Made by a program: the position numbers and the translations under genes. DNA of 20,608 bases from the NCBI GenBank assembly GCA_049969615.1, contig JBMFOM010000024.1:1-20608 (forward strand), read 5' to 3'. The stretch is from a candidate division WOR-3 bacterium (lineage in GTDB: Bacteria > Hydrothermota > Hydrothermia > JBDRYB01). Numbering within the stretch: the first letter of the stretch is position 1; each line of letters begins with the position of its first letter. This document shows, piece by piece, positions 7,584 to 16,495 of this stretch. The notes below the pieces were generated by a model, which did not search any database, was not told where the DNA came from, and saw nothing but the letters and a program-made list of their open reading frames with translations.

Positions 7584-7626
7584 CTAATTGGCGCGCGAGG
7601 GCGTATTTGCTGGATAATATAACCCA

Positions 7627-8985
7627 ATGAAAGATATTCTCAAAAAAGCCCTTGAAAAGGTGGGCGCGGACTACGGGGACATCCGGCTTGAAGAGAGGTT
7701 GTCCTCCATTGTCCACATTATGGGCCATGAGACTGATGAGGCCAGCGAGAAAAGGTTTCTCGGAGGCTCTGTCCGGGTATTTCACAAGGGGGGCATAGGC
7801 TTTGCAACCTTCTCCCTGCCCGAGGACGCGCTAAGAGCTGTTGAGACAGCCTCCAGGCTCGCTAGGCTGGCTGGAGAGGGAAAGAACGAATCCCTGGTTC
7901 CGGTTAAGCCGGTTGTTGATGAAATAAGGGTTTCCTTTCAGGCTAGGGATCCCAGGGAGATTTCCCTTGAGGAAAAGGCCCATTTGGTTAAAAGATATAA
8001 CGACATCATGCTCGGTGTCAAGGGAGTGGTAAGTACAAGTTCCTTTTATACTGACCTCTTTGTCAGGAGGCTTTTCCTGAGTACCGAAGGCTCAGACATC
8101 ACCCAGGAAACCCTCTACACAAGGGTCGCGCTCTCCGCGGTGGCCGCTGACGGTTCAACGGTGCAATCCAGGCATATATCTTTTGCTGGGCAGACTGGTT
8201 ACGATCTGGTGCTAAACCGGGATGCCGATGCCGAATCTGTGGCAAAGGATGCTGTTGCCCTCCTATCAGCGCCAAAGGTCAAGGGTGGCCTCTATACTGT
8301 TATTCTCGATCCCCTCATGGCGGGTGTTTTTGTACACGAGGCATTCGGCCATCTTTCCGAGGCGGATCACCTTTCCCGTGATGCCAAGATGCAGGAGATC
8401 ATGAAACCAGGCCAGAGATTCGGCATACCAGAGCTTAACATAACCGACAAGCCCATCCCTGGCCAGTGGGGATACTACAAATACGACGATGAGGGCGTGG
8501 AAAAGAAGCTCGTTTATCTCGTCAAGGACGGCTTGCTCACTGGGCGCCTCCATTCCAGACACACCGCGGCCCTGATGGGCGAGGAACCCACGGGGAACGC
8601 GAGGGCGATCGATTATTCATTTCCCCCTATAGTCCGCATGTCAGCGACTTGCATAGAGCCAGGTGATAAGGATTTTGAAGCGCTTCTTGAGGGCATAGAC
8701 AAGGGAATATATGTGGTTTCAGCCCTAGGCGGCATGACCGAGCTGGAGATGTTCACCTTCTCCGCGCAAAAGGCCTACATGATAGAAAAAGGCAAGATAA
8801 CCAACCTGGTGAGGGATGTTATCCTGTCCGGCAATGTCTTTGAGACCCTCAAGAACATAGAGGGAATAGGAAAAGATGCCATCTACTGGGCTGGCGGATG
8901 CGGAAAGGGCAGGCAGAATCCCCTTCCCGTGACAACAGCCGCGCCCCACATCAGGATAAAGAATGTTCTCGTGGGAGGAGTATAA
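7627..8985 (+). CDS. tldD: TldD metalloprotease subunit
   Basis: 'YGDIRLE', HExxxH 'HEAFGHLSEAD', 'YDDEG', 'TGNARA...PIVRM', C-terminal 'CGKG.Q' metal-binding Cys motif. Confidence 0.93.
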   Translation: MKDILKKALEKVGADYGDIRLEERLSSIVHIMGHETDEASEKRFLGGSVRVFHKGGIGFATFSLPEDALRAVETASRLARLAGEGKNESLVPVKPVVDEIRVSFQARDPREISLEEKAHLVKRYNDIMLGVKGVVSTSSFYTDLFVRRLFLSTEGSDITQETLYTRVALSAVAADGSTVQSRHISFAGQTGYDLVLNRDADAESVAKDAVALLSAPKVKGGLYTVILDPLMAGVFVHEAFGHLSEADHLSRDAKMQEIMKPGQRFGIPELNITDKPIPGQWGYYKYDDEGVEKKLVYLVKDGLLTGRLHSRHTAALMGEEPTGNARAIDYSFPPIVRMSATCIEPGDKDFEALLEGIDKGIYVVSALGGMTELEMFTFSAQKAYMIEKGKITNLVRDVILSGNVFETLKNIEGIGKDAIYWAGGCGKGRQNPLPVTTAAPHIRIKNVLVGGV

Positions 8986-10280
8986 TGGAAAGGATAGCCC
9001 AAGAGCTTGCCAGGCGGGGTGTTACCGAGTTTGAGATATTTTACGAGGAGTCCATCCAACAGCCTGTATCTTTTGAGCAGAATGTCCTTCAGAACCTTGA
9101 ATTCAGAAAAGAGGCCGGAGTCGGCGTGAGGGTGATCCTTGATGGCCGGATCGGTTTCACGGCCTCATCTGACCTCAGAGACCCCAAAGCCATAGCCGAT
9201 TCTGCCATGGCCTCCGCGAGGCTGGGGTCTGAGGCCGTATTCTCTTTCCCCGGGCCCAGTAGTTTTCCAACACTATCGTTTGAAGGAGGCGGATGGCCAG
9301 TTGAGGAGAGGCTCAGGCTCGGCAAAGAGGCGGTCAGTGAGCTCTCTTCACTTGTTCCGGGGCTAATGGTCGGCTTCACGGCGTCTGAAATACTCATCAG
9401 AAACAGGATAATTAACTCGTCTGGAATTGATGTCTCCTATGAGAAACCGGTTTATCTCTTGATAGTCTATGTCAGCGGCATGACGGAGACAGGATACCTT
9501 TCTGATGGTGAATACAGGTATTTCACAAGGCCTCCGGCTCCGAATGATGTTATTTCACCGATCAAAGAGAGGATAAAAAGGGCACTGGTTCCGGGTAGGA
9601 TACCGCCGGGCAAGAAGAAGGTGATCCTTGCCCCCGGTGTGATGAGTCTCATGCTTGACTCTTTGGAAATGGGAATAAATGGCAAGAACGTTGTGAAGGG
9701 TTCCTCGCCTCTGAAGGAGAGACTGGACGAGAAGATCATGGGCGAGTGTATAACCATATGGGATAATCCCCTGCATCCTATGTTGGCAGGATCACGGCCA
9801 TTTGACGACGAAGGCAGGCCGTCCAGGCCGAGGCCCATACTGGAGCGCGGCATCCTGAGATCGTATAATCTTGACCTATGGTCTGCTGCGAAGCTCGACA
9901 GGGAACCAACGGGCTCATCGGCCCGGAACAACTACAAACAATTGCCATACCCAGGCTTCAGCAATGTGATGATGGAGGGTGGTTCTGTTACCCTTGATGA
10001 GATGATCGGATCAGTGGACGAAGGGATAATCGTCTATGATCCCATAGGTAGAGGCCAGAGCAACATGATGGCGGGAGATTTTTCCTTCAATGTTGGGCTG
10101 GGTTTTGTTATAGCCGGCGGAGAGCTGGCGGGCAGGTTAAAGGATGTCATGGTAGCGGGCAACTTTTATGAGGATAGCCACAGGATCACCTCCCTAACCA
10201 AGGAACGTGAGCCACACGGCACCCTCCTGCTCCCCTATGCTCTCTTTGATGGGCTTTCGGTTTCGGTAAAAGAGACATGA
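8985..10280 (+). CDS. pmbA: PmbA/TldE protease partner subunit
   Basis: ATG 8985 overlaps the tldD stop (TAATG) with GGAGGAG upstream. 'GVGVRV..GRIGF', 'PFDDEG', 'GDFSF', 'VMVAGN'. No HExxxH. Confidence 0.9.
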   Translation: MERIAQELARRGVTEFEIFYEESIQQPVSFEQNVLQNLEFRKEAGVGVRVILDGRIGFTASSDLRDPKAIADSAMASARLGSEAVFSFPGPSSFPTLSFEGGGWPVEERLRLGKEAVSELSSLVPGLMVGFTASEILIRNRIINSSGIDVSYEKPVYLLIVYVSGMTETGYLSDGEYRYFTRPPAPNDVISPIKERIKRALVPGRIPPGKKKVILAPGVMSLMLDSLEMGINGKNVVKGSSPLKERLDEKIMGECITIWDNPLHPMLAGSRPFDDEGRPSRPRPILERGILRSYNLDLWSAAKLDREPTGSSARNNYKQLPYPGFSNVMMEGGSVTLDEMIGSVDEGIIVYDPIGRGQSNMMAGDFSFNVGLGFVIAGGELAGRLKDVMVAGNFYEDSHRITSLTKEREPHGTLLLPYALFDGLSVSVKET

Positions 10281-10735
10281 ACGGGTTGATATTCTTGTTA
10301 TCCATGGCCCCGGGAATCGGCCTGGGTTTCTCGGTCCCATCAGGAGAGACCGGAGACATATCCCGGATAGGCTACTGGGCAGAGGCAAGTCTCGCCCATG
10401 GGTTTTTCTCTGGCAGGCTCCTGGCAGAGAATTTCCGTTCCAGGGGTGAAGGTTTTTATAACGCTACTAGCCTTTGTTTGACTGGTGGCGTATCGTTTTC
10501 GCCCGTGAGCATCTTCAACTTTGGGTTTTCCCTTGGTCCGGCTCTTCTGTTTAGGACCCATAGCGATGCCTCCGAGTGGGGCCCTGGGTTTGTCTCAGAG
10601 GCTAACGCCTCGCTTTTATACACGGGAGAGAAGGCGCGGGTTGGTCTCATTGGTTTTACGAGGGCTTATCCCGGCACGAGCTCGGCCCTCCTGTCGTTTG
10701 GCATAGGGGTTGTCGCTGGTGCAGTGCCCAGGTAA
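10277..10735 (+). CDS. Hypothetical small exported protein, likely outer-membrane beta-barrel
   Basis: ATGA-coupled to pmbA. Short hydrophobic N-terminus. About 8 Gly/aromatic alternating strands ('GIGLGFSVPSG', 'FNFGFSLGP', 'LSFGIGV'). Confidence 0.55.
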   Translation: MNGLIFLLSMAPGIGLGFSVPSGETGDISRIGYWAEASLAHGFFSGRLLAENFRSRGEGFYNATSLCLTGGVSFSPVSIFNFGFSLGPALLFRTHSDASEWGPGFVSEANASLLYTGEKARVGLIGFTRAYPGTSSALLSFGIGVVAGAVPR

Positions 10736-10810
10736 TTTCATCTTCGCTTGTTCCGGTCGTATCCCTCCAGGCCAGGCTGCTGGTTTCTTTAAGGGTGAGA
10801 GGATTTAATC

Positions 10811-11911
10811 ATGTTTGATCGCTGTTGGTGTGATGTTGATCCAGGGGCGCTCAGCCACAACCTACGGCAGATAAGAGGGCTGGTCGGCGAGCGGAAGATC
10901 ATCGCTGTTGTGAAAGCAGATGCCTATGGTCACTGGGTCAGGGAGGCAATAAAGCACATGCCGGAGGCTGATATATTTGCTGTGGCAACGGTCAACGAGG
11001 CCATTCAGCTCTTTGACTATGGTCTGACCAGGCCCCTCCTCGTCCTTTATCCCATTCCTGATGTGGAGGGCACGCTCGCTGTCCTGGAACGCGGGGCGAG
11101 GATAACTGTTGGCTCTCCAGAGAGCCTCTCCGCGGCCATATCAGCGGCCAGGAGACTGGGCAAGAGAGCGATTGTCCACCTTGACATAGACACCGGCATG
11201 GGCAGAACAGGTTTTCTCCCGGACGAGGCCCCTTCCGTGCTTGAAAGGATACTCTCGTGTCCAGAACTCATGCTTGAGGGTGTTTTTACCCATTTATCAA
11301 AGGGCTTTGACCGGGCAATGACCATGGCTCAGCTGGACGCGTTTATGGCCGCGACAAAAAACCTCCCTGTGGGCGTCATGAGGCACATGGCTAGTTCTCC
11401 CGCGTTGATGCGTTTCCCAGAGACGCACCTTGATGGCGTGAGACCAGGAATAGCTATTTATGGTTCTTATCCGGACCGCTCCTCTATCGGTACCCTTGAG
11501 CTGAGACCGGCTCTGGCCCTTAGATCAAGGGTCATTCAGCTAAAAGAGATTCCTCCCGGCCATGGGGTCTCATACAGGGCGCTTTTTGTTCCCGGAAAGA
11601 AGACCAGGATAGCTGTTGTTGGCGTTGGGTATGCGGATGGGTTCCCGCCGAACCTTGCAAATGCCGGCCAGATAATAATAAGAGGAAAGAGGAGGAGGAT
11701 CAGGGGTGTAGTTTGCATGGACTCTTTGATGGTTGATGCCTCGGAGGAGCCCCTGCCCCAGGTTGGAGATGTGGCCACCATCATAGGTAGGGACGGAGAC
11801 GAGGAGATAACGGCTCTTGAGCTGGCGGAACAAGCCGGGACGATTCCGTATGACATCCTCACCGGTATAGGCAGGAGGGCCAAGAGAATATACCGGACTT
11901 CGGGTGGATAG
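10811..11911 (+). CDS. alr: Alanine racemase
   Basis: PLP Lys motif 'AVVKADAYGH', 'HLDIDTGMGRTG', 'VRPGIAIYG', catalytic 'VSY', 'GYADG', 'CMD', 'TIPYDIL'. Confidence 0.95.
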   Translation: MFDRCWCDVDPGALSHNLRQIRGLVGERKIIAVVKADAYGHWVREAIKHMPEADIFAVATVNEAIQLFDYGLTRPLLVLYPIPDVEGTLAVLERGARITVGSPESLSAAISAARRLGKRAIVHLDIDTGMGRTGFLPDEAPSVLERILSCPELMLEGVFTHLSKGFDRAMTMAQLDAFMAATKNLPVGVMRHMASSPALMRFPETHLDGVRPGIAIYGSYPDRSSIGTLELRPALALRSRVIQLKEIPPGHGVSYRALFVPGKKTRIAVVGVGYADGFPPNLANAGQIIIRGKRRRIRGVVCMDSLMVDASEEPLPQVGDVATIIGRDGDEEITALELAEQAGTIPYDILTGIGRRAKRIYRTSGG

Positions 11912-11955
11912 GCTTTCCTTGTAAGCTCGGTTCTGGTGTTTGGTGAGCAGTGCTT

Positions 11956-11985
11956 TTGATCCTTCCCTTTCGTCTGCGGTATAAT
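11956..11985 (+). promoter_or_regulatory. Sigma70-type promoter of gcvH-gcvPA-bactofilin-cstA
   Basis: TTGATC (11956-11961)-18 nt-TATAAT (11980-11985). SD AGGAG before ATG 12009. Confidence 0.7.
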
Positions 11986-12008
11986 TTGCGAGCTATAGGA
12001 GCAGAACC

Positions 12009-12398
12009 ATGAATATACCTGATAACCTTTTTTACACCAAGGAACATGAGTGGGCCAAGATAGAGGGCGACGAGGCCCTGTTTGGGATAACCGACTACGC
12101 GCAGAGCATGCTCTCTGACCTCGTTTATCTGAACCTCCCTGAGGTTGGAGTGCAGGTCAAACAATTTGAGGCCTACGGTGCGGTTGAGGCAGTCAAGGCC
12201 GCATCAGACATATATGCCCCTCTGTCCGGGCAGGTGATAGCCGTCAACGAGGCCGTGAAGGCCGATCCGGGTATAGTGAACCGCGATCCCTATGGAGAGG
12301 GTTGGCTCATAAGGGTCAAGCTTTCCAACCCCGCAGAGAAGGCCAACCTGATGTCCGGTCCTGATTACTCCGCCTACATAGCCACCCTGGAGCACTAA
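12009..12398 (+). CDS. gcvH: Glycine cleavage system H protein
   Basis: 'YTKEHEW', 'GITDYAQ', lipoyl-Lys motif 'EAVKAASD', 'VNRDPYGEGW'. Confidence 0.97.
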   Translation: MNIPDNLFYTKEHEWAKIEGDEALFGITDYAQSMLSDLVYLNLPEVGVQVKQFEAYGAVEAVKAASDIYAPLSGQVIAVNEAVKADPGIVNRDPYGEGWLIRVKLSNPAEKANLMSGPDYSAYIATLEH

Positions 12399-12399
12399 T

Positions 12400-13746
12400 A
12401 TGCCCATAGATCATTATCTCCCCCATACGCCCCAGGAAAGGGAGGAGATGCTCGCGGCCATGGGCTTTGGGACGGTCATTGATCTCATGAAGGCTGCTGT
12501 ACCGGAAGCGCTCTGGACTAAGTCCGGTATGAACCTTCCCCAGCCCATATCAGAGGCCGAGGTCCAAGAGCTAATGGAGCGTCTCTCCGCTCTGAACAGG
12601 TCAAACCTGAAGATATTTCTAGGTGGAGGAGCCTACGATTCATATGCTCCGGCCATAGTTGACACAGTGATCTCCCGTTCTGAGTTCTATACCGCCTACA
12701 CCCCATATCAGCCCGAGGTCTCCCAGGGGACCCTTCAGGCCATGTATGAGTTCCAGTCTCTTGTCTGTCAGCTCACGGGCATGGAGGTCTCCAACGCCTC
12801 TGTCTATGATGGTGGTTCCGCGTTGGCAGAGGCTATCCTCATGGCTTTCAGGGTTAAAGGGGTTCACAAGGTTGCATTGCCCCAAAATCTCAATCCACTA
12901 TACAAGAAGGTGGTTGAGACCTACTTGCACGGCATCGGGCCTGAGTTCATAGAGATTGAATACGACGAAGAGACCGGCCGGATCTCCTCCGACAGCCTAA
13001 TCGCGGCTCTGAAGGCAGGGCCGGCCGCTGTCGTAATTCAGCATCCCAATTTCTTCGGGGTCCTGGAAGACCCGTTTGATATTTCCGAGGCCGTGCACCA
13101 AAAGGATGCCCTGCTCATAAGCTTCTTTGAGCCGACCTCCCTTGGTATGATCGCACCGCCCGGGGAATACCGGGCAGACATAGCTGTCGCGGAGGCACAG
13201 GGACTTGGTTTGCCCCTTTCTTTCGGTGGGCCATATCTCGGCCTTTTTACAGCGCGGATGGAGTTTGTGAGACAGATGCCTGGGCGCATTGTGGGCGTTA
13301 CAGAGGACGCGGATGGAAAGCGGGGTTTCGTCACCACCCTCCAGACCCGGGAACAGCACATAAGGCGCGAGAAGGCTACATCCAATATATGCACGAACCA
13401 GCAGTTGATTGCCCTGGCCGTCTCTGTTTATCTCTCAGCTATAGGCAAGGAGGGACTCAAGGAAATTGCGGAGCAATCTGCTCAGAAGGCCCATTACCTT
13501 GCCGAGAGAATATCTTCCCTTCCGGGTTGGGGCCTCACGTTCAGGGCGCCCTTCTATAGGGAGTTTTCTGTTTATAACGAGAATAAGAAATCCACTGATG
13601 TGATGAGGGCCCTTTCCGAGAAGGGTTTCCTAGTTGGGCCGGAGCTTCCCAAGGATATCTGTGAATACTCATTTAACATAGCCGTCACCGAAAAGAGAAC
13701 CAAGGAGGAGCTGGATTCCCTGGTTGACGCGATGGCAAATATCTAA
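12400..13746 (+). CDS. gcvPA: Glycine dehydrogenase (decarboxylating) subunit 1
   Basis: 'YLPHT', 'FLGGGAY', 'EFYTAYTPYQPEVSQGTLQ', 'NASVYDG', 'QTREQHIRREKATSNICTNQ'. 448 aa is the size of the split P-protein alpha subunit. Confidence 0.96.
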   Translation: MPIDHYLPHTPQEREEMLAAMGFGTVIDLMKAAVPEALWTKSGMNLPQPISEAEVQELMERLSALNRSNLKIFLGGGAYDSYAPAIVDTVISRSEFYTAYTPYQPEVSQGTLQAMYEFQSLVCQLTGMEVSNASVYDGGSALAEAILMAFRVKGVHKVALPQNLNPLYKKVVETYLHGIGPEFIEIEYDEETGRISSDSLIAALKAGPAAVVIQHPNFFGVLEDPFDISEAVHQKDALLISFFEPTSLGMIAPPGEYRADIAVAEAQGLGLPLSFGGPYLGLFTARMEFVRQMPGRIVGVTEDADGKRGFVTTLQTREQHIRREKATSNICTNQQLIALAVSVYLSAIGKEGLKEIAEQSAQKAHYLAERISSLPGWGLTFRAPFYREFSVYNENKKSTDVMRALSEKGFLVGPELPKDICEYSFNIAVTEKRTKEELDSLVDAMANI

Positions 13747-13757
13747 AGGAGGGAGAA

Positions 13758-14141
13758 ATGTTTGGCGATAAGAAAGACAAGGGGCCTGAGCCTCAGAAGA
13801 AGGTCTCTCTTGACACGATAATAGGGCCGGGGGCCGAGGTCATTGGCGATGTCGCTGTGAAGGCTGGGGCCAGAATAGACGGCCATGTAAAAGGCAATGT
13901 TTCATGCCAGGGTGAGCTTGTCATAGGCAAGGATGGGGTTGTGGATGGCGAGGTCAAAGCCACTTCAGCAGTTCTTTCCGGCCGCATAAATGGCAAGCTC
14001 ATAGTGGAAGGCAGGGCAGAGCTCTCCTCAACTGCTAAAATGGAAGGGGATATAGCGTGTTCTAAGCTGGTGATAGAGGAAGGCGCGTTTTTCCAGGGCC
14101 ACTGTCAGATGTCCTCATCATCAGTGCCGTCTGTTCAGTGA
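13758..14141 (+). CDS. Bactofilin (polymer-forming cytoskeletal protein, CcmA family)
   Basis: 'TIIGPG..VIGDV..RIDGHVKG..LVIGKDGVVDGEV..IEEGAFFQGHCQM' beta-helix repeats. SD AGGAGG. Confidence 0.92.
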   Translation: MFGDKKDKGPEPQKKVSLDTIIGPGAEVIGDVAVKAGARIDGHVKGNVSCQGELVIGKDGVVDGEVKATSAVLSGRINGKLIVEGRAELSSTAKMEGDIACSKLVIEEGAFFQGHCQMSSSSVPSVQ

Positions 14142-14151
14142 TATTTCCGAA

Positions 14152-15747
14152 ATGAGCGGGATACTCCTGGCGCTACTCGGAGCTTGTTTTTTCATTGGGG
14201 GATATTTCACATACGGCCGTCTGGCGGCCAGGATCTATGGTGTTTCCTCTGATAACCCAACCCCAGCTGTCACAAAACGTGATGGGGTTGACTATGTCCC
14301 GGCGAGAAACTGGGTTGTTCTTTTCGGCCACCACTTCTCTTCCATAGCCGGAGCCGGCCCAATTGTTGGCCCGATAGTCGCCCTCATCGCTTGGGGATGG
14401 GCTCCTGCCCTGGCCTGGGTCCTTGCCGGGACTGTCTTCGCCGGAGGGGTTCATGACTTTGGCTCCCTTGTTCTCTCGCTCAGGCGAGGCGGCTCGTCCA
14501 TATCAGAGGCATCGGAGTTTTTCGTGTCCAGGTGGGCGAGGGTGATGTTCTCCCTTTTTGTTCTTTTGGCCCTTGTCCTTGTTGTTGCTGTTTTCGCCGT
14601 GCTCGCGGCCGAATCAATGGTCACCGTCCGCGGCGTAATCCCGCCCGCTGTTGGACTGATTCCTGTTGCTTCCCTCGTTGGTTTTCTGTTATATAGGACA
14701 AAAATCCCCTCCTGGCTTGTGACAGTTATGGGGCTTTTGATCCTGGTTGGGCTTCTGTTTCTCGGAGCCGTCTGGAATTTTTCGCCTGGGCCCATCTGGG
14801 TCTGGGTCATAGGGCTTTTTATCTACGCGTTTTTCGCCTCAGTGCTCCCGGTCCAGTATCTGCTCCAACCAAGGGATTACCTCTCGGCCTTTTTGCTGTT
14901 TGCCGGACTCATCTTAGGCTATGCCGGAATATTCATAAGCCGGCCAGCACTGAACGCGCCCGCATTCGTTGGCTTCCTGCCAAAAGAGGGCCCCCTCTGG
15001 CCCATGCTTTTCGTCACGGTTGCCTGCGGTGCGATATCCGGCTTTCACTCCCTCATTGCATCCGGTACCACATCAAAACAACTGCCCAGCGAGACCCATG
15101 CCCAAAGAATAGGGTATGGTGCTATGGTTAGCGAAGGGCTTCTCTCGCTGATGGTCATTGTGATGGTTGGTGCCCTTGGCCTCGGTGCAACGGGCAATCC
15201 AATATCCATTTTTGGTAAGGCGTATGATTTCACCCTACCATTCCTTGGTGGATACGGAGGGATTTTTGGCGTGATAATCCTGAATGCATTCATCCTGACG
15301 ACTCTTGACACAGCGACGCGCATAGCGCGTTACATATTCTCCGAGCTAACCGGCCTAAAAAACCGCTGGCTTGCCACGGGAATAGTCATTGTCCCTGCTG
15401 TCCTCCTTGCTATCACCGGTTCCTGGAAGGCAATATGGCCCCTGTTTGGTTCGGCAAATCAATTGACCGCCGCGCTTGCTCTCCTGGTAATAACCTCGTG
15501 GCTTCTGGCGACCAGGAAACCCTACTGGTTGACCCTGATCCCGGCCATGTTCATGCTCCTCACCACCATCGCGGCGCTCGTCTGGCAGGCCTGGAATCTC
15601 TCGCGGTTTCTTCTCGCCCATCCAGCGTTGAACTCGGTACTCCTCCTCATAACCCTTCTGTTGCTGGGGCTTTCCCTTGCGATGAGCGTGATGACATTAG
15701 TGTCCTGGAAAAAACGAGGGTCCTATTCGCTCAAAATAAAAAACTAA
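14152..15747 (+). CDS. cstA: Carbon starvation protein A (peptide/pyruvate transporter family)
   Basis: 'TPA..DGVDYVP', 'FGHHFSSIAGAGPIVGP', 'QPRDYL', 'ACGAISGFH', 'TTLDTATR', 'WPLFGSANQL'. Many TM helices. Confidence 0.95.
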   Translation: MSGILLALLGACFFIGGYFTYGRLAARIYGVSSDNPTPAVTKRDGVDYVPARNWVVLFGHHFSSIAGAGPIVGPIVALIAWGWAPALAWVLAGTVFAGGVHDFGSLVLSLRRGGSSISEASEFFVSRWARVMFSLFVLLALVLVVAVFAVLAAESMVTVRGVIPPAVGLIPVASLVGFLLYRTKIPSWLVTVMGLLILVGLLFLGAVWNFSPGPIWVWVIGLFIYAFFASVLPVQYLLQPRDYLSAFLLFAGLILGYAGIFISRPALNAPAFVGFLPKEGPLWPMLFVTVACGAISGFHSLIASGTTSKQLPSETHAQRIGYGAMVSEGLLSLMVIVMVGALGLGATGNPISIFGKAYDFTLPFLGGYGGIFGVIILNAFILTTLDTATRIARYIFSELTGLKNRWLATGIVIVPAVLLAITGSWKAIWPLFGSANQLTAALALLVITSWLLATRKPYWLTLIPAMFMLLTTIAALVWQAWNLSRFLLAHPALNSVLLLITLLLLGLSLAMSVMTLVSWKKRGSYSLKIKN

Positions 15748-15867
15748 CCCTAAGCGACCAGATGATAAGGTTTCAGGCTAAGGGATTTCTATGAGGAGGG
15801 CTCATAGTTAGAATTCTATTTTGAGCGAACGAACCCATTTGGGTTAGATTTTTTGTGAGCGAACGCG
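15726..15867. repeat. Dispersed nested inverted-repeat element, copy 2
   Basis: Near-identical to 7438-7583. Left box 15726-15749, inverted boxes 15806-15829 and 15842-15863. Contains the cstA stop codon. Confidence 0.88.
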
Positions 15868-15872
15868 GATAT

Positions 15873-15902
15873 TTGACTAATTCCACCCGGATCATTTATA
15901 AT
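15873..15902 (+). promoter_or_regulatory. Sigma70-type promoter of the winged-helix gene
   Basis: TTGACT (15873-15878)-18 nt-TATAAT (15897-15902). Confidence 0.72.
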
Positions 15903-15944
15903 ATAACCCTTATGCGTTGATTTTCCGCAAAGTGAGGTGCTCAC

Positions 15945-16421
15945 ATGGAAAATATGGAGAAAAGATATACTCTGTATATCAAGATAGGCGACAACGAGCT
16001 CTCCGTGTCCGGCGAGGAATCCGGGTATATACGCGAGATGCTTGAGGAGTTTAAATATCTTCACGCGGGAAAGATAAAGGCGGCCTCGCCGGTAAAGGAG
16101 ATTGCTCCTGCAGGCAGAGAGGCTAACTCAGCCACTGTGGAGGAGCCTGGCCTTGTAGATCTCTACAAAAAGACCCTCCCGAAGAAGGAGGTGGACAAGG
16201 CCCTTCTATACCTCTATTACCTTCACCAAAAGGGCGAGACCAAAGGGGTAAGACCCAGGGAGATCAGCAGGGCCATTGTCTCGGTAGGTGAGAAGGCTCC
16301 CAATGCCATTTCAACCACTCTCGGCTACATGAAGCGGCTGGGCTTGGTTGAGATGAAGGACAGGTTCTGGAGCATAACAGAGGAGGGTATCAACAGGGTT
16401 GAAAAAAAGCTCGTGAGGTAG
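15945..16421 (+). CDS. Hypothetical protein with C-terminal winged helix-turn-helix
   Basis: SD GAGGTG. Small N-terminal beta-beta-alpha segment and a linker, then 'PREISRA...ISTTLGYMKRLGLVE...WSITEEG', a wHTH wing motif. Confidence 0.65.
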   Translation: MENMEKRYTLYIKIGDNELSVSGEESGYIREMLEEFKYLHAGKIKAASPVKEIAPAGREANSATVEEPGLVDLYKKTLPKKEVDKALLYLYYLHQKGETKGVRPREISRAIVSVGEKAPNAISTTLGYMKRLGLVEMKDRFWSITEEGINRVEKKLVR

Positions 16422-16495
16422 AGTTGCAAAAGGGCAATGGGTATTGCCGAGGGTGAATGATGGTCTGTGTGGTTTATTTTTAATTGCGGATTTTT

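Noticed and set aside
7528..7785. Minus-strand ORFs ending 'FVRSK' (also 15816-16064) and ORF 15435-15794
   Set aside because: The shared ends simply reflect the DNA repeat. These ORFs overlap real genes.
8898..8984. Longer pmbA start from the ORF track
   Set aside because: It overlaps tldD by 88 nt. ATG 8985 has an SD and TAATG coupling.
11912..12008. Glycine riboswitch before gcvH
   Set aside because: The promoter is ~20 nt from the start codon, leaving no room, and there are no aptamer motifs.
16413..16440. Similarity to 2125-2150 (GTGAGGTAG...GCAATGG)
   Set aside because: Short and gapped, and partly explained by both genes ending Val-Arg-TAG.
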